Of a stretch of 33,016 nt of DNA, positions 23,206 to 33,016 are shown in pieces. Location of the stretch: the NCBI GenBank assembly GCA_000934665.2, contig JYFJ02004330.1, positions 1 through 33,016 of the forward strand, read 5' to 3'. Every line of letters begins with the position of its first letter. Position 1 is the stretch's first letter. A model generated the notes under the pieces. The model was not told where the DNA came from and made no database searches. It saw only the letters and a program-made list of their open reading frames with translations. The position numbers were made by a program, and so were the translations under genes. Source of the DNA: Catajapyx aquilonaris. Lineage: Eukaryota.

Positions 23206-23761
23206 GGTCTACCATCCCTTTGGATCGATGCAGAAACACAGTCTGGTGCACTAGTTAAGTAAATAAATTATTGCAGCTAAAATAATAACTAAACCTGAAA
23301 TTATCAAATGTTTTATTTTCTTCTAAAGTACCGTACATCTTAAGGAAAGGTTGAGTAAGATTGTACCCTTATTAGGGGAGACAGAAGAACATCACTAGAT
23401 GAACCTATGTATATCCAGAATTCTGAGAATTTCATTCTTTTCATCATATTGTGGGGGTATCTTATTTGAACTTTTGAGGCTGCTTCGAATGATTTAAAAT
23501 ATCGAATACAAAGTGACAGCTGTGGTCGTGAAATTGGTCGCCTACTGCATACATTTTTTTACGTTGAGTATAGCATTGGCAATGAATTTCAATGGTTTAT
23601 GTATCGCCATTTGCTCTAAATTCTTGAATCATGAAATTACCAGATAGGTACAATTACTCGACCATTTTTATATGGAGTGAAATTTGAAATTACATTCCAG
23701 GTACATGATAATTATTTTCTCTAAATACTGCACAAGATGAATTTTTAGAGACAAAACACAA

Positions 23762-23961
23762 TTATTTGGCCTTTCCTTTTAGCTTCAGAATAGTATTATA
23801 GACACAATTCTTCACGTCTTTCCATGAGCGTGTTACACCAGTACTTGAAATGCAGGCTTCACAATCTTCTTTTCTAGGGACAGAGCCTTTGATTATCGAC
23901 ACTCGGAAGTGGTGGAGAACCTTCCGCTTCTCTTCGGTGTCCCAGTACTTCTTTGCTACAT
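23762..23961 (-). pseudogene. Orphan terminal exon encoding a SANT/Myb-like motif
   Basis: After a TTTCAG acceptor it reads VAKKYWDTEEKRKVLHHFRVSIIKGSVPRKEDCEACISSTGVTRSWKDVKNCVYNTILKLKGKAK*. It is absent from the ORF track. Confidence 0.55.
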
Positions 23962-24841
23962 CTGAAACAGAACAATAAATTTAATAAAAGGGGTCATTTC
24001 ACAGATAACAACTTTTATTTATGGTACTATACAGTGGGACATGACATGTTTAATACAGTATACATTATCTGTTTTAAATCACTTTTATTGCAATGCCTTG
24101 TAGGCCAACAGGCCTGACAAGTTGATCCTAGTCCACACCACCAAATATAATGTCTGAATACAAATTATGGAAAGAAAGTTGACCCTAATCCACATACATA
24201 CACTAGGCTAGTAACTTTAGGTGCTAGTCATCATCACTCTCATCTCCGCCTTCCTCAGCCTCACCATGTTTATTCTCGTACATCCTGGCACACATTAAGG
24301 TTCTATGCATTGCTTCCACTTTGAAGCCGTAACAATTACTCTGGGTAATTGCCCTCTTCGCATGAAGGAGACCAATTGTTGTGTCGGTGCTCAGGCGATT
24401 CCTGGCGTCTGTTACCATTTGGTTTGTTGCAGAGAACACTCTCTCAACTGCAGCACTTGAGTGTGGCAGGGTCAGCAAACTCTTCACATATGTACATAGA
24501 GCCGGAAACACGGCACTGCCATCGCCTTTTTTCAGTTTGCTGATATGAGACCGAAACTCCTGGATGGAAAGACTTTCAGGCAAGCTGGTGTTTCTCAATA
24601 AACGCCACTCATTATCAATGTGGTTAAAGTCGGCATCCTGTATGATGTTTGGGAAGTCGCAGAAGACATGAGAAATGGATGGCAGCTCTTTCTTCTGAAC
24701 TACTTCTGGATCCATGAATTCCAGTTTCTTCAGACTCTGAAGATGTTGAAAGGGAAATCTTATGTAGATCTGCGAAGCTCCTTCCACCAGAAAAGCGAGA
24801 CATCGCTTCCGAAACATCTCCAGATCTTCTGCTGTAACATA

Positions 24842-26102
24842 CGAGGGTGGTTCAATAATTTATCTACCTGAGTATCAAAATGAATACCTTTATTGAAATC
24901 CTCCTAATCATTTTTCAATACAGTCCCCCTTGAGCTCTACACACTTCTTCCACTTTGTCTCAAGTGACCTTAGGCCGTCAAAAAAAATAGTTTCCTGTTG
25001 GTCTGCAAACTACTGCCTGGAGTTCTTCATCGCTGGAGAAACGCTGGCCACGCAGGAATTTCTTCAAGTTTCGGAACAGGAAATAGTCGCTGGGGGCCAG
25101 GTCTGTGCTGTACGGCGGATGGTTCAGTGTTTGGAAGCCACATTCAGCAATGGCGGCCTGTGATTTGTGGGCCATGTGCACAGGTGCGTTGTCGTGGAGA
25201 AGAAGAATGCATGATGCAAGTTTCCCATGACGTTTGCTGTCGCAGAGCCCTCACAGTTTCAGCATAGGACTCCCCAGTGTTGGTCTTCTTGTGAGACATG
25301 AAATCCAGGAGCAGTAGGCCGTTTTCGTCCCAGAAAACAGTGGCCATGATCTTCCCTGCGGAGCGCTGCACACGGAACTTCTTAGGGTCGGAGAACCCTT
25401 GTGCTTCCACTGCATTGACTCTTGTTTGGATTCAGGGTCCCAGTGATGGACCCATGTTTCGTCACCTGTCACCACTCGAGGGAAAAATCCATCGGGATAA
25501 TCTCCAAGGAGCTCCAAATTCTCCTGACTGTACTCGCTGCGGCAGGCTTTTTGCATTGGCGTGAGCATTCTGGAACTGACCTTAGACCATCCCCAAATTT
25601 TCATGGACAATTTTCCAAACTGTTCCTGCTGAAATGTCCAATTCTTGCACGATTTCCGCAACCTTGACTCGACGGTCCATCATAATGAATGTCTCCACTT
25701 TGTCGCACATTTCCTCTGAAAATGCACTCACCGGCCGCCCTGGGTGGGGGTCATCTTCAATTGACTCCCGTCCCCATTTGAACAGCTTATTCCAAAACTT
25801 GACCTTGTAGGCCGATGGTGCACCATCACCAAGCACTGTTCCCAGCCTTTCATGGATCTCCTTTGGTGTTTTCTGCTCTTTTGTGAGGAACTTAATCACC
25901 GACCTATGCTCCAAATCTACAACTTTCTTCGCAGAGAGACAGGCACTATCACTTCACATCCTGTCACTCTGAGGTTGAACAACCTACTGTGCTATAATTT
26001 GGTGTGAGTCACCCCAAGACATGTATATAGCTGTCTGGGCAAGTTCGGACTTGCACCTCTACGCTTTCATACTCAGGTAGATAAATTATTGAACCGCCCT
26101 CG
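24842..26102 (-). mobile_element. Mariner element, 1261 bp, both TIRs present, frameshifted transposase
   Basis: 34-bp TIRs CGAGGGYGGTTCAATAATTTATCTACCTGAGTAT. TA TSD at 24840-24841 and 26103-26104. Motifs HRSVIKFL, VTGDETWVHHWDPESKQESMQW, SAGKIMATVFWD and HPPYSTDLAPSDYFLF. Confidence 0.96.
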
Positions 26103-26365
26103 TATATTCGTCCAGAAGAAAGAAATGCACCCAATTTCCCACCCAAATATAACTTGTCCAGAGGGACATAGTTTGTAGGATCCCGAAACTGAATGTTCTC
26201 CACTGGTGTTCTCTGAACATAATCGGGTTTCAGGTAGCATTCCACAATAGACTTGTACAAGGATGAGACCCGTGCATATAGCAGGTGAACTTTTGGCTGT
26301 TCACTCTGCATTTCTTTGTTCAGGTCAGCAAAATACGGCAGAATGAACTCAAGAAAGAGGAGGTA

Positions 26366-26576
26366 CACCCGCGAGCATAAAGATGGAGACGGCAAGCCCT
26401 CACCTTCGGCAGGCTGCTCTGCCAATCTCAGCTATTACGGTATCAAATATACTGACATAAATACACGAACACAAACCTGAAGCAGCTAACTCGGTCCAAA
26501 AAGAGTTCATTAATTTGAGTCGGATAAAGAAAGGTCAAAAAAGGGCCTGCCGTCTCCATCTTTATGCTCGCGAGGG
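26366..26576. mobile_element. Tc1/mariner-type MITE, 211 bp
   Basis: ~35-bp TIRs with core CGCGAGCATAAAGATGGAGACGGCA. TA TSD at 26364-26365 and 26577-26578. Removing it restores KEPTCRM|YLLFLEF in the hAT frame. Confidence 0.9.
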
Positions 26577-28139
26577 TACATTCGGCATGTTGGTTCCTTT
26601 AGCCAGCCTAATATGCTTGCCGCTGCAAGTACATGGTCAACTGTGTCACAGCATGTTCAAAGTAGAGTACCAATGCTTGGTGCTGCTCAAGCAGCCTCAC
26701 TACAACAGACAAAAAGGAGAGCCAGCGAGTTTGCGATAGTTGAAGTGTTTTGTGTGCTGCCACCTGTACAAATGCTTGAAACTCAACAAACTCTGCAGTT
26801 CTTTTCGGACTGGAATGAAAATAGTTGGAGACGTCACGGGCCAAGTCCTCCAAAAATCTGGGCAGTTTCATGCAGGCATAAGAGGCGCACAAATGAAAAG
26901 AATGGCAAACGCACTTCAGAATAAACAGGCCAGGAATCTCATTTTTCAGATGGGAAGACAGCGAATTGTGGGCACCCATCATTACATTCGCCCCATCAGC
27001 TGCAAACCCAATCAAATTCTTTTGGTATTCAATGTCCTGATCTTTGAAAGATTTCTTGATTGCATCATGTAGAACTACAGCAGTAGCATCTTGTAGTGGC
27101 ACGAGGTCGAAAAAGTGATCCTTCGCCCGAAACTCACTATCAACCACACGGACTACAAGGCAAAGGTGTTTTTTACAACTCTTGTCTGTAGACTCGTCTA
27201 CCATCAAGGAAAAGGATTGACAGCGGAGTAATTCGCTTAACTCCCTACGTGAAATCTCCCCAATGACATTTCTGACAATTTCAGTACATTTTGTGCGTGA
27301 ACATTTCATCTTAGCGGCTATGTTGGAGTCTGGACACATGCTTGGTATCAGTTTTGATAAATGACCAGCAACATCGAAGGGCAAGTTGTGTTCAGCGATA
27401 AATGCTGCTAATTTGATTTCTGCGTCCTTTATTTTTGCATCACCACTGGTGGTTGATTGACTTACGAAGGAATCCAGCGTGGCGCTCTGACGAACAGTTC
27501 TGCACATTTCCACGTGCTTCTTCCCAGTTGAATGCTTCTGGATTTCCGCTTTCCCACCCTTTCCATCAAAATTGCAGGCCTTGCAATGAAAATACAGGCT
27601 TCCTTTCTTGCTTCTGGAAAGCCAGCCACTGAATTCAGGCTGTTTCTCCCATTCCGTAAGATACTTCTGCTGGTATTTTTTTTCTTTTTTGTCTGGAGGT
27701 TGTTGCACGTCATCTTCGCTGCTACTCATTTCGCAAACTGCCGAATAAGTAGTTACCATGTAAAATCTTATTATAAAATTGACTACAAAAGAGTAATAAT
27801 TTCTATATACTTTCAAGTTAAATGAGATTAGGCAAAAGCTGATAAAGAGAGTTGTGGCTGAAATATGCGAACTTCTGCACTTTCTGGCTCATTCCTACCT
27901 GTATGTAGCCTATAGCAGTCTCTCTACTTCTGCCTGCGCCCTGCGTGCTGCCGATTCTGCAAACAATATAAAGGACCATGGTGCTATGGAATAGCCAATC
28001 ATCGTATCCGCATTTTCTAAGCGGGGAATTCCCTCTGCCGGTGGGCCCGGGCGCTACGTCAAAAAAATCATGTCGAAATAAAGGTTCCCTCCCTGCGGAA
28101 CGATGCAGTTAGGGGGGAAAAAAATTTGTATCGCATGTG

Positions 28140-28237
28140 TTGTAACATCAGTAGATTTGTTAACAAATGCAGTAGGTCAGCAGATCGTCTTCAAATTCAG
28201 TAGATCTACTGAAATTCAGTAGCATCTGGCAACCCTG
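28140..28237 (-). mobile_element. 5' terminus of the hAT element (TIR CAGGGTTGCCAGATG) with CAGTAG subterminal motifs
   Basis: CATCTGGCAACCCTG ends at 28237, ~500 bp upstream of the transposase start. Confidence 0.75.
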
Positions 28238-28351
28238 GAGCAGGAAGTATTGGCAGTGTGGGATGCTTTGGGCCCAGAGGAAGCTAAGGGGATTCCCCGC
28301 TGCTGAATTGTCACAAAATTGGCAAAGAAAAATGTACCTAAACTGCAATCC

Positions 28352-28434
28352 AAGGTGGCTATATGTAGCCTACAAGCTGGACTGTGTAAATCTTAAGGTG
28401 GCTATATGTAGCCTACAAGCTGGACTGTGTAAAT
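28352..28434. repeat. 40-bp direct repeat, two copies
   Basis: AAGGTGGCTATATGTAGCCTACAAGCTGGACTGTGTAAAT at 28352 and 28395. Confidence 0.9.
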
Positions 28435-28997
28435 ATTTTAAAAAATTTAATTCGCGCAAGCGGATATACTGTACCACCTGTACCAAGGTTGTTATATGCT
28501 CCACTTTACCAACCTTGACCTGTACCACTACCGAAAAAAATTGAGGGAGGGAGGGAGGGAGGGAGGGGAGAGAGGGGGAAGATGTGGCAACAGCGCGGGC
28601 GATGTGGCAACCTCCGATGTGGAAATTTCGAATGTACCGATGTGGATTTCTCGATGAATTTTTTCCCCTTTTCCTCCCCATAGATCTGTGTTCAAAATTT
28701 GGAAGCTCTCACTTTAGTGTAACTTGAGTTAGGGCGAAATTTTTAAAAGCCTAATAAGAACAAGTGGGGAAAATTCATTGTTGAAATGCTATATGCTACT
28801 GTCTTACTTAGGGGCTACCGCCCCTAAAATGCATCTCATTTCATTTTAATCCATGTTCAATGTTGTTCCAAAAGGTGTCTAAATAAATCCTTTCAATTAG
28901 TGAAACATCAATAATTTATTTCTGAATTATAGCAAATGACAGAATTATACACACAATGACTTACTTAACCGAAGAGCCCATGTATAGGCCTACTCAT

Positions 28998-29260
28998 CTA
29001 CCAGTACGGTAACCATTTTCCATTGCTTGTCTTTATTAGCTCATACTCTTCCAAACCAGGTGCATTTTTAATGCCAAACTCCATGTGCTTTTTAAATTCC
29101 TCATAATCTTCGCCGTGGACAACTGGTAGCTTGATCTCATTACCGCATGTGCTGGCTAGTGGTAGTTTCAGTACCACCTTGTGCTCCTGGAAACTCAACT
29201 TCGGGTGCTCGTTGAAGCCACCCACACCCACAGCTGACACACATCCATCAGATCAATGAT
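28998..29260 (-). pseudogene. HECT E3 ligase C-lobe fragment (G2E3-like)
   Basis: GFNEHPKLSF...LPLASTCGNEIKLPVVHGEDYEEFKKHMEFGIKNAPG fits the HECT PxAxTC.N.L.LP...Y..F motif containing the catalytic Cys. Confidence 0.8.
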
Positions 29261-29737
29261 TGGTACAAAAAATGCATCAAATGGGGCTGACACTATCGAG
29301 ATATATTTACCAGACCGTTCACACACCTCCCGGAACAAAATGGCGGCAGGAATGAAATGACAGAGGCCATCACACCAAAAGGGGCCAGTGCGAGGCGCAA
29401 CAACCTGCGTAATCACAAAACAAGATACAGGAACAGAAAAAATGAACGTTCTTGGAAATTCCACTAAATGTAAGATAAACAATAAACAAAAGATCACATT
29501 CGTAAGGAGAATAGAAACATCGTCCAACCGAACTAAGACATATCACAACAGGTTTGAGGCGCCAGTAATAACTAGGTTATACAACAACAAAAAAAGGGGT
29601 GATGCAACATCCAAGTGATTGCATGAACAAACGGACAAATGGGGTATCCCCTACTTGGACTGACTGAAAATGGAACACCAATCAAATTAACTGAAATCAT
29701 ATAATTATGAAACACAAGCGTGGATCACACAAACACC

Positions 29738-30350
29738 CTACTTCTTCTCCAGCTGTGCAGCAAAAGATAGGACTGCTGTCGATAATTTTTTTAGCGTGGA
29801 ATTCTGCTTCTGCATCATTTCCCGAACTTCATCTTTCCACTTCCTGTCGGACTCATCCCTCTTATCCATGTACCCTTGGAACCACTTCGGTGGTCCATCA
29901 TCTTCATCATCTTCTTGCTTCTCGCTAGTGGCCCTCTTCCTCCTCCTTTCTGATCTCCCCAGAACCTGTTCAGAACTCCGCTTTCTCATGGATGCTGCTG
30001 GCACATCCGCCTCCACCCTTGTCCCAGAGGCAGAGGCGTACACAACACGTGCTGGAGGTGAAATGTTCGGTTTGCCACCCATCATCCTCTCAAAATCCTC
30101 CATGTGAGGCCACTTGCTTGCACCTCGCCCAGTCTTGGATGTTCTATTCTTTACGGATTTGTATGTGGCCAAAAGGTTTATATCCCATTTCTTTGAAGCA
30201 GCTGGACCCTCCACATTGTGACCATGTTTTTTCATCTCTGCTGAAACTTCACTCCACTGGTCTTTTTTTTCTCCTCCCAGATAGGGGCGATAGAACTTTC
30301 TTCTCTTCAATGACAGACAGGAGCAGTTTGATGGCGGGTGCAGTCCACTT
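29738..30350 (-). pseudogene. Myb/SANT-like (trihelix) DNA-binding protein, Harbinger-partner type
   Basis: KKDQWSEVSAEMKKHGHNV...ASKKW..NLLATYKSVK...KTGRGASKWPHMEDFERMMGGKPNISPP followed by a coiled coil. Confidence 0.8.
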
Positions 30351-31083
30351 AAATGCTGTAATGCAAAATCACAAATCAGGAAAGGGTGTTTTATCCATTT
30401 TAGCCTCCATCTGCAGGTCCATGTAAGGACATTGTCGCAGCTCACTGGCAATGAAGTCACCAAATATACTCCACTTGTCCTGTGCCTGTGCTCCGTCGAG
30501 TTGCTTTTGGAGGTTTTGCAAAGTTTCCTGAGCCTGGTGAAAGCCTTCAGGCATGTCTTCCCCCCTACTTTATTTCCTCAGAGGCTCTGGTGAAATTGGT
30601 ATCACCTCATGTGGTGATCCCTCGTCTTGTGTTCCCTGGAAAGACATGATTGCGTTGAAATTGTGGACATACTGCCACAGAAATGTGTCCGATTTTCACT
30701 CGATTCCTGCCCCCATGTTAATTAAATGGGCTTTTCCAAAATGCAATTTTTATCTCACCAGAACTTGTTGTAAGGTCATTGTTAGGCCGAAAATGGGAAA
30801 AAGACGAACTAGGCGGCCTGTGCCAGATCATCTACTATATTTTGGTGCAATTTATGTGTCGATTGAACCATTTTGCGGTCGTACGGGCAAAGTAATGTAG
30901 ACATGTCGAATCCCCATAATTGTGCTGCCTATATGCTTAAGCCAGTTTGTTTAGGTCGTCTCCAAATGCTCCGCATTGTTACCGTATTTTTGCTAATGCG
31001 CCGACTTAATTGAATCGGTGACTTCCCTTCTCTTCCCCTGCATGTGCTGTCTTTTTTCCAGCTGCTACTGTACGCATACGTCA

Positions 31084-32919
31084 CTATTTAATTCCCGGGA
31101 CAGAAATATGCTGCACGATTCTCTCTACATGTACACGTGCAGCAGCAATGTCTGCTGTCTCGTGGGCTTCCTCTGCAGAAAGTTGCTTTTTTTTGAGGAA
31201 TGGAGGCTGTATAATTCCAATTCCATTCGCAGAACAAACATCTTCAATGCGGAACCCTTTATCGACCATTACTTGATCGACACCTGCTTCAAGTCTTTCC
31301 ACCAACCCTGACTCCTCGAAAATGGCTTTATCCGAGGCACGGCCCCCATAAATGTCACTACAAAAATTGATCAAGCCTCCCGGTGTGACCCCCACCATGA
31401 ACTTGGCTGTATGACACCCATAATAATGTGAGTATGTCAAAATTTTACAATTCAGAGAACGATTCTTTTCGAGAGCTATCTCGGTAGGCCTACAGTCCTA
31501 AACGATTCGTGTGTTCATATAATTTGTAAAACAGAGGGGCAAATTCATCATAATGTTATGTCTTGTGGGCCATACAAACGCTGACTTCATGATCTTAGCA
31601 AGAACCCTGACGCAACTGTGAAATATATCGCGACATGTTGTCGCGCTCACCTGAACAAAATTGCCAAAGCAGAAAAAGTAAGGCAGGTCTTCAGCTTTGA
31701 CATCACAAGTATGACTGCATCTGCTGTGGTCAACAACCGTGATTTGTTACAGTGTAACTCATCCAGGCTCTCCACCAAAAGCTGAAGAAAAGCAAAACTT
31801 GGCAACCCTGTAAATATGTGCAGGTCTTGGTCAGATTTCAGCAAATCGCTCAATATTTGCCTCTTCCCCAGGTCCAAAAATGTATTAACTTGCACTCCTT
31901 GGTCACTGGAGGTTGTCAGGATTTCTTCCAGAACTTCTTTCTCCTGAACCTCAGTGGAATTCTGTGTCATGCTGTCTGGAGCAGCATCCCATGGAGTGCC
32001 AGGCATATGGCTGGCTAGAGTGCTGACATAAGTCAGGGTTTTCCATAGTGGGACTGCGGGCACGAACTGGACCTGAGAAGCAGAAATAGTCAGTATCAGT
32101 AAATCAGTAAAGAGTCACAAGATTAACATATTACAAGTGAAGCAGCTGCCAAGGTTCAGTTGAACTGTGGAAATTAATAGAGTATCAGTTTTGTGACCTC
32201 AGTGGGGAGGCTAAGCTTTCTCTTGTTAGTACTGTACAGTAAGTCGTCGCTGGACTTCGGACAGTCATACTATTTGGTACATAGAGAGTTCCACCAATCT
32301 TGTGTGGATGTGAGTTTGATGCATGTACAACATGTTGTTTCGCTACTTGTAGGTTCTGTCAGCTCAGGCAAATCTTTCTCGACAAAATTAATGGAAATTT
32401 GATCTCCATGGTAAAACGGAACACCTAATCACTCCAAATATTGACTTCATGCAGTAAGTACTGTATCTCCAATCAATTTTTAAAAATATACATTCTTTTC
32501 GATATGCAAGTAAATCCATTTACCAGAAGTGGCATACTTCTTCTCTGCTCGCTGATTCATACGCTCTTTGCGGCCCTCAACAGTTGAATGGCTGGTCCTA
32601 GGCAGGTCATGGGTCCTGACTGGTAAATTCTTTGATGGGAGAGTGCCAAGCCTGAGTCGGTGGTGCATTGCAGGTACTCCTGTAAAGAAACATGCATTGT
32701 ACTGTTCACTGTTGTGATACACTGTCATGAAAAGTTTGGCCTGCATGAAATTATGCATTATCACTCACCTGGCAGATAGTAATCCTTGGGCTCAAAGTGC
32801 AGACTGCACACGTACATCGTCCTGGTTGCAGTCTTCCCCATTCGAAGCTTTACTTCCCATTCCTTCTTCAGGCTCTTGTCTTTCGGGAAAGTGTGGATCC
32901 ATATCCCTGCCTGGGCATC
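31084..32919 (-). pseudogene. ISL2EU/Harbinger-group transposase: THAP + HTH + DDE, spliced and degraded
   Basis: THAP exon IHTFPKDKSLKKEWEVKLRMGK...YVCSLHFEPKDY (32769-32919). HTH part FTGLPSF...LTFSALAILF. DDE part TYSHYYGCHTAK, YGGRASD, VMVDKGF and ARVHVER. Confidence 0.88.
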
Positions 32920-33016
32920 TGTCATCAACTAAACGTGATTAACCCAAGTCAGTTGACGTTAAAGTTTTCCAATCACCCAAGCCACCAGAAATGATACAGA
33001 CAAGTGTTCACAGTAT
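32920..33016 (-). mobile_element. U5 end of another LTR of the 4139-4617 family, cut by the window edge
   Basis: Nearly identical to 4139-4236 and starts at the same TGTCATCAAC terminus. It abuts the THAP coding sequence. Confidence 0.85.

Larger units (their letters stand above)
24224..27729 (-). pseudogene. hAT transposase (ZNF862-like), interrupted by a mariner and a MITE
   Basis: CKAC...H...H finger, FSLMVDESTD, GFAADGANVMMG, CVCHSFHL, TRWLS and LPHSSAAVERVFS. One frameshift near 26640. Confidence 0.93.

Overview
Eukaryotic, intron-bearing DNA, most likely from an arthropod, with no intact host gene, RNA gene or CRISPR array that I can support. The window is a dense patchwork of transposon pieces: PIF/Harbinger (MADF and Myb/SANT genes, a MITE), a Mutator-like/Kolobok-type transposase, a P-element/THAP9-type transposase, two hAT transposases, Sola1-like, mariner, an ISL2EU-type THAP-HTH-DDE element, a LINE ORF1 remnant, a HECT remnant, several LTRs and a gag-only Gypsy element. 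Three things stand out. (1) About 19 of 20 orientable fragments lie on the minus strand, as expected for a uni-strand, flamenco-like piRNA cluster read from the + strand. (2) There are two unrecognised protein families, each in two diverged copies. One copy of each sits directly upstream of a PPT+LTR (the env position), and one family aligns without gaps to the Max/Myc bHLH with the E-box glutamate replaced by histidine. (3) The only + strand insertion is a gag-only LTR element with tandem PPTs, U3-type ends at both junctions and a 90-bp-arm fold-back. Single Ns next to G/C homopolymers indicate local assembly uncertainty. All family assignments come from motif recognition, not database searches.
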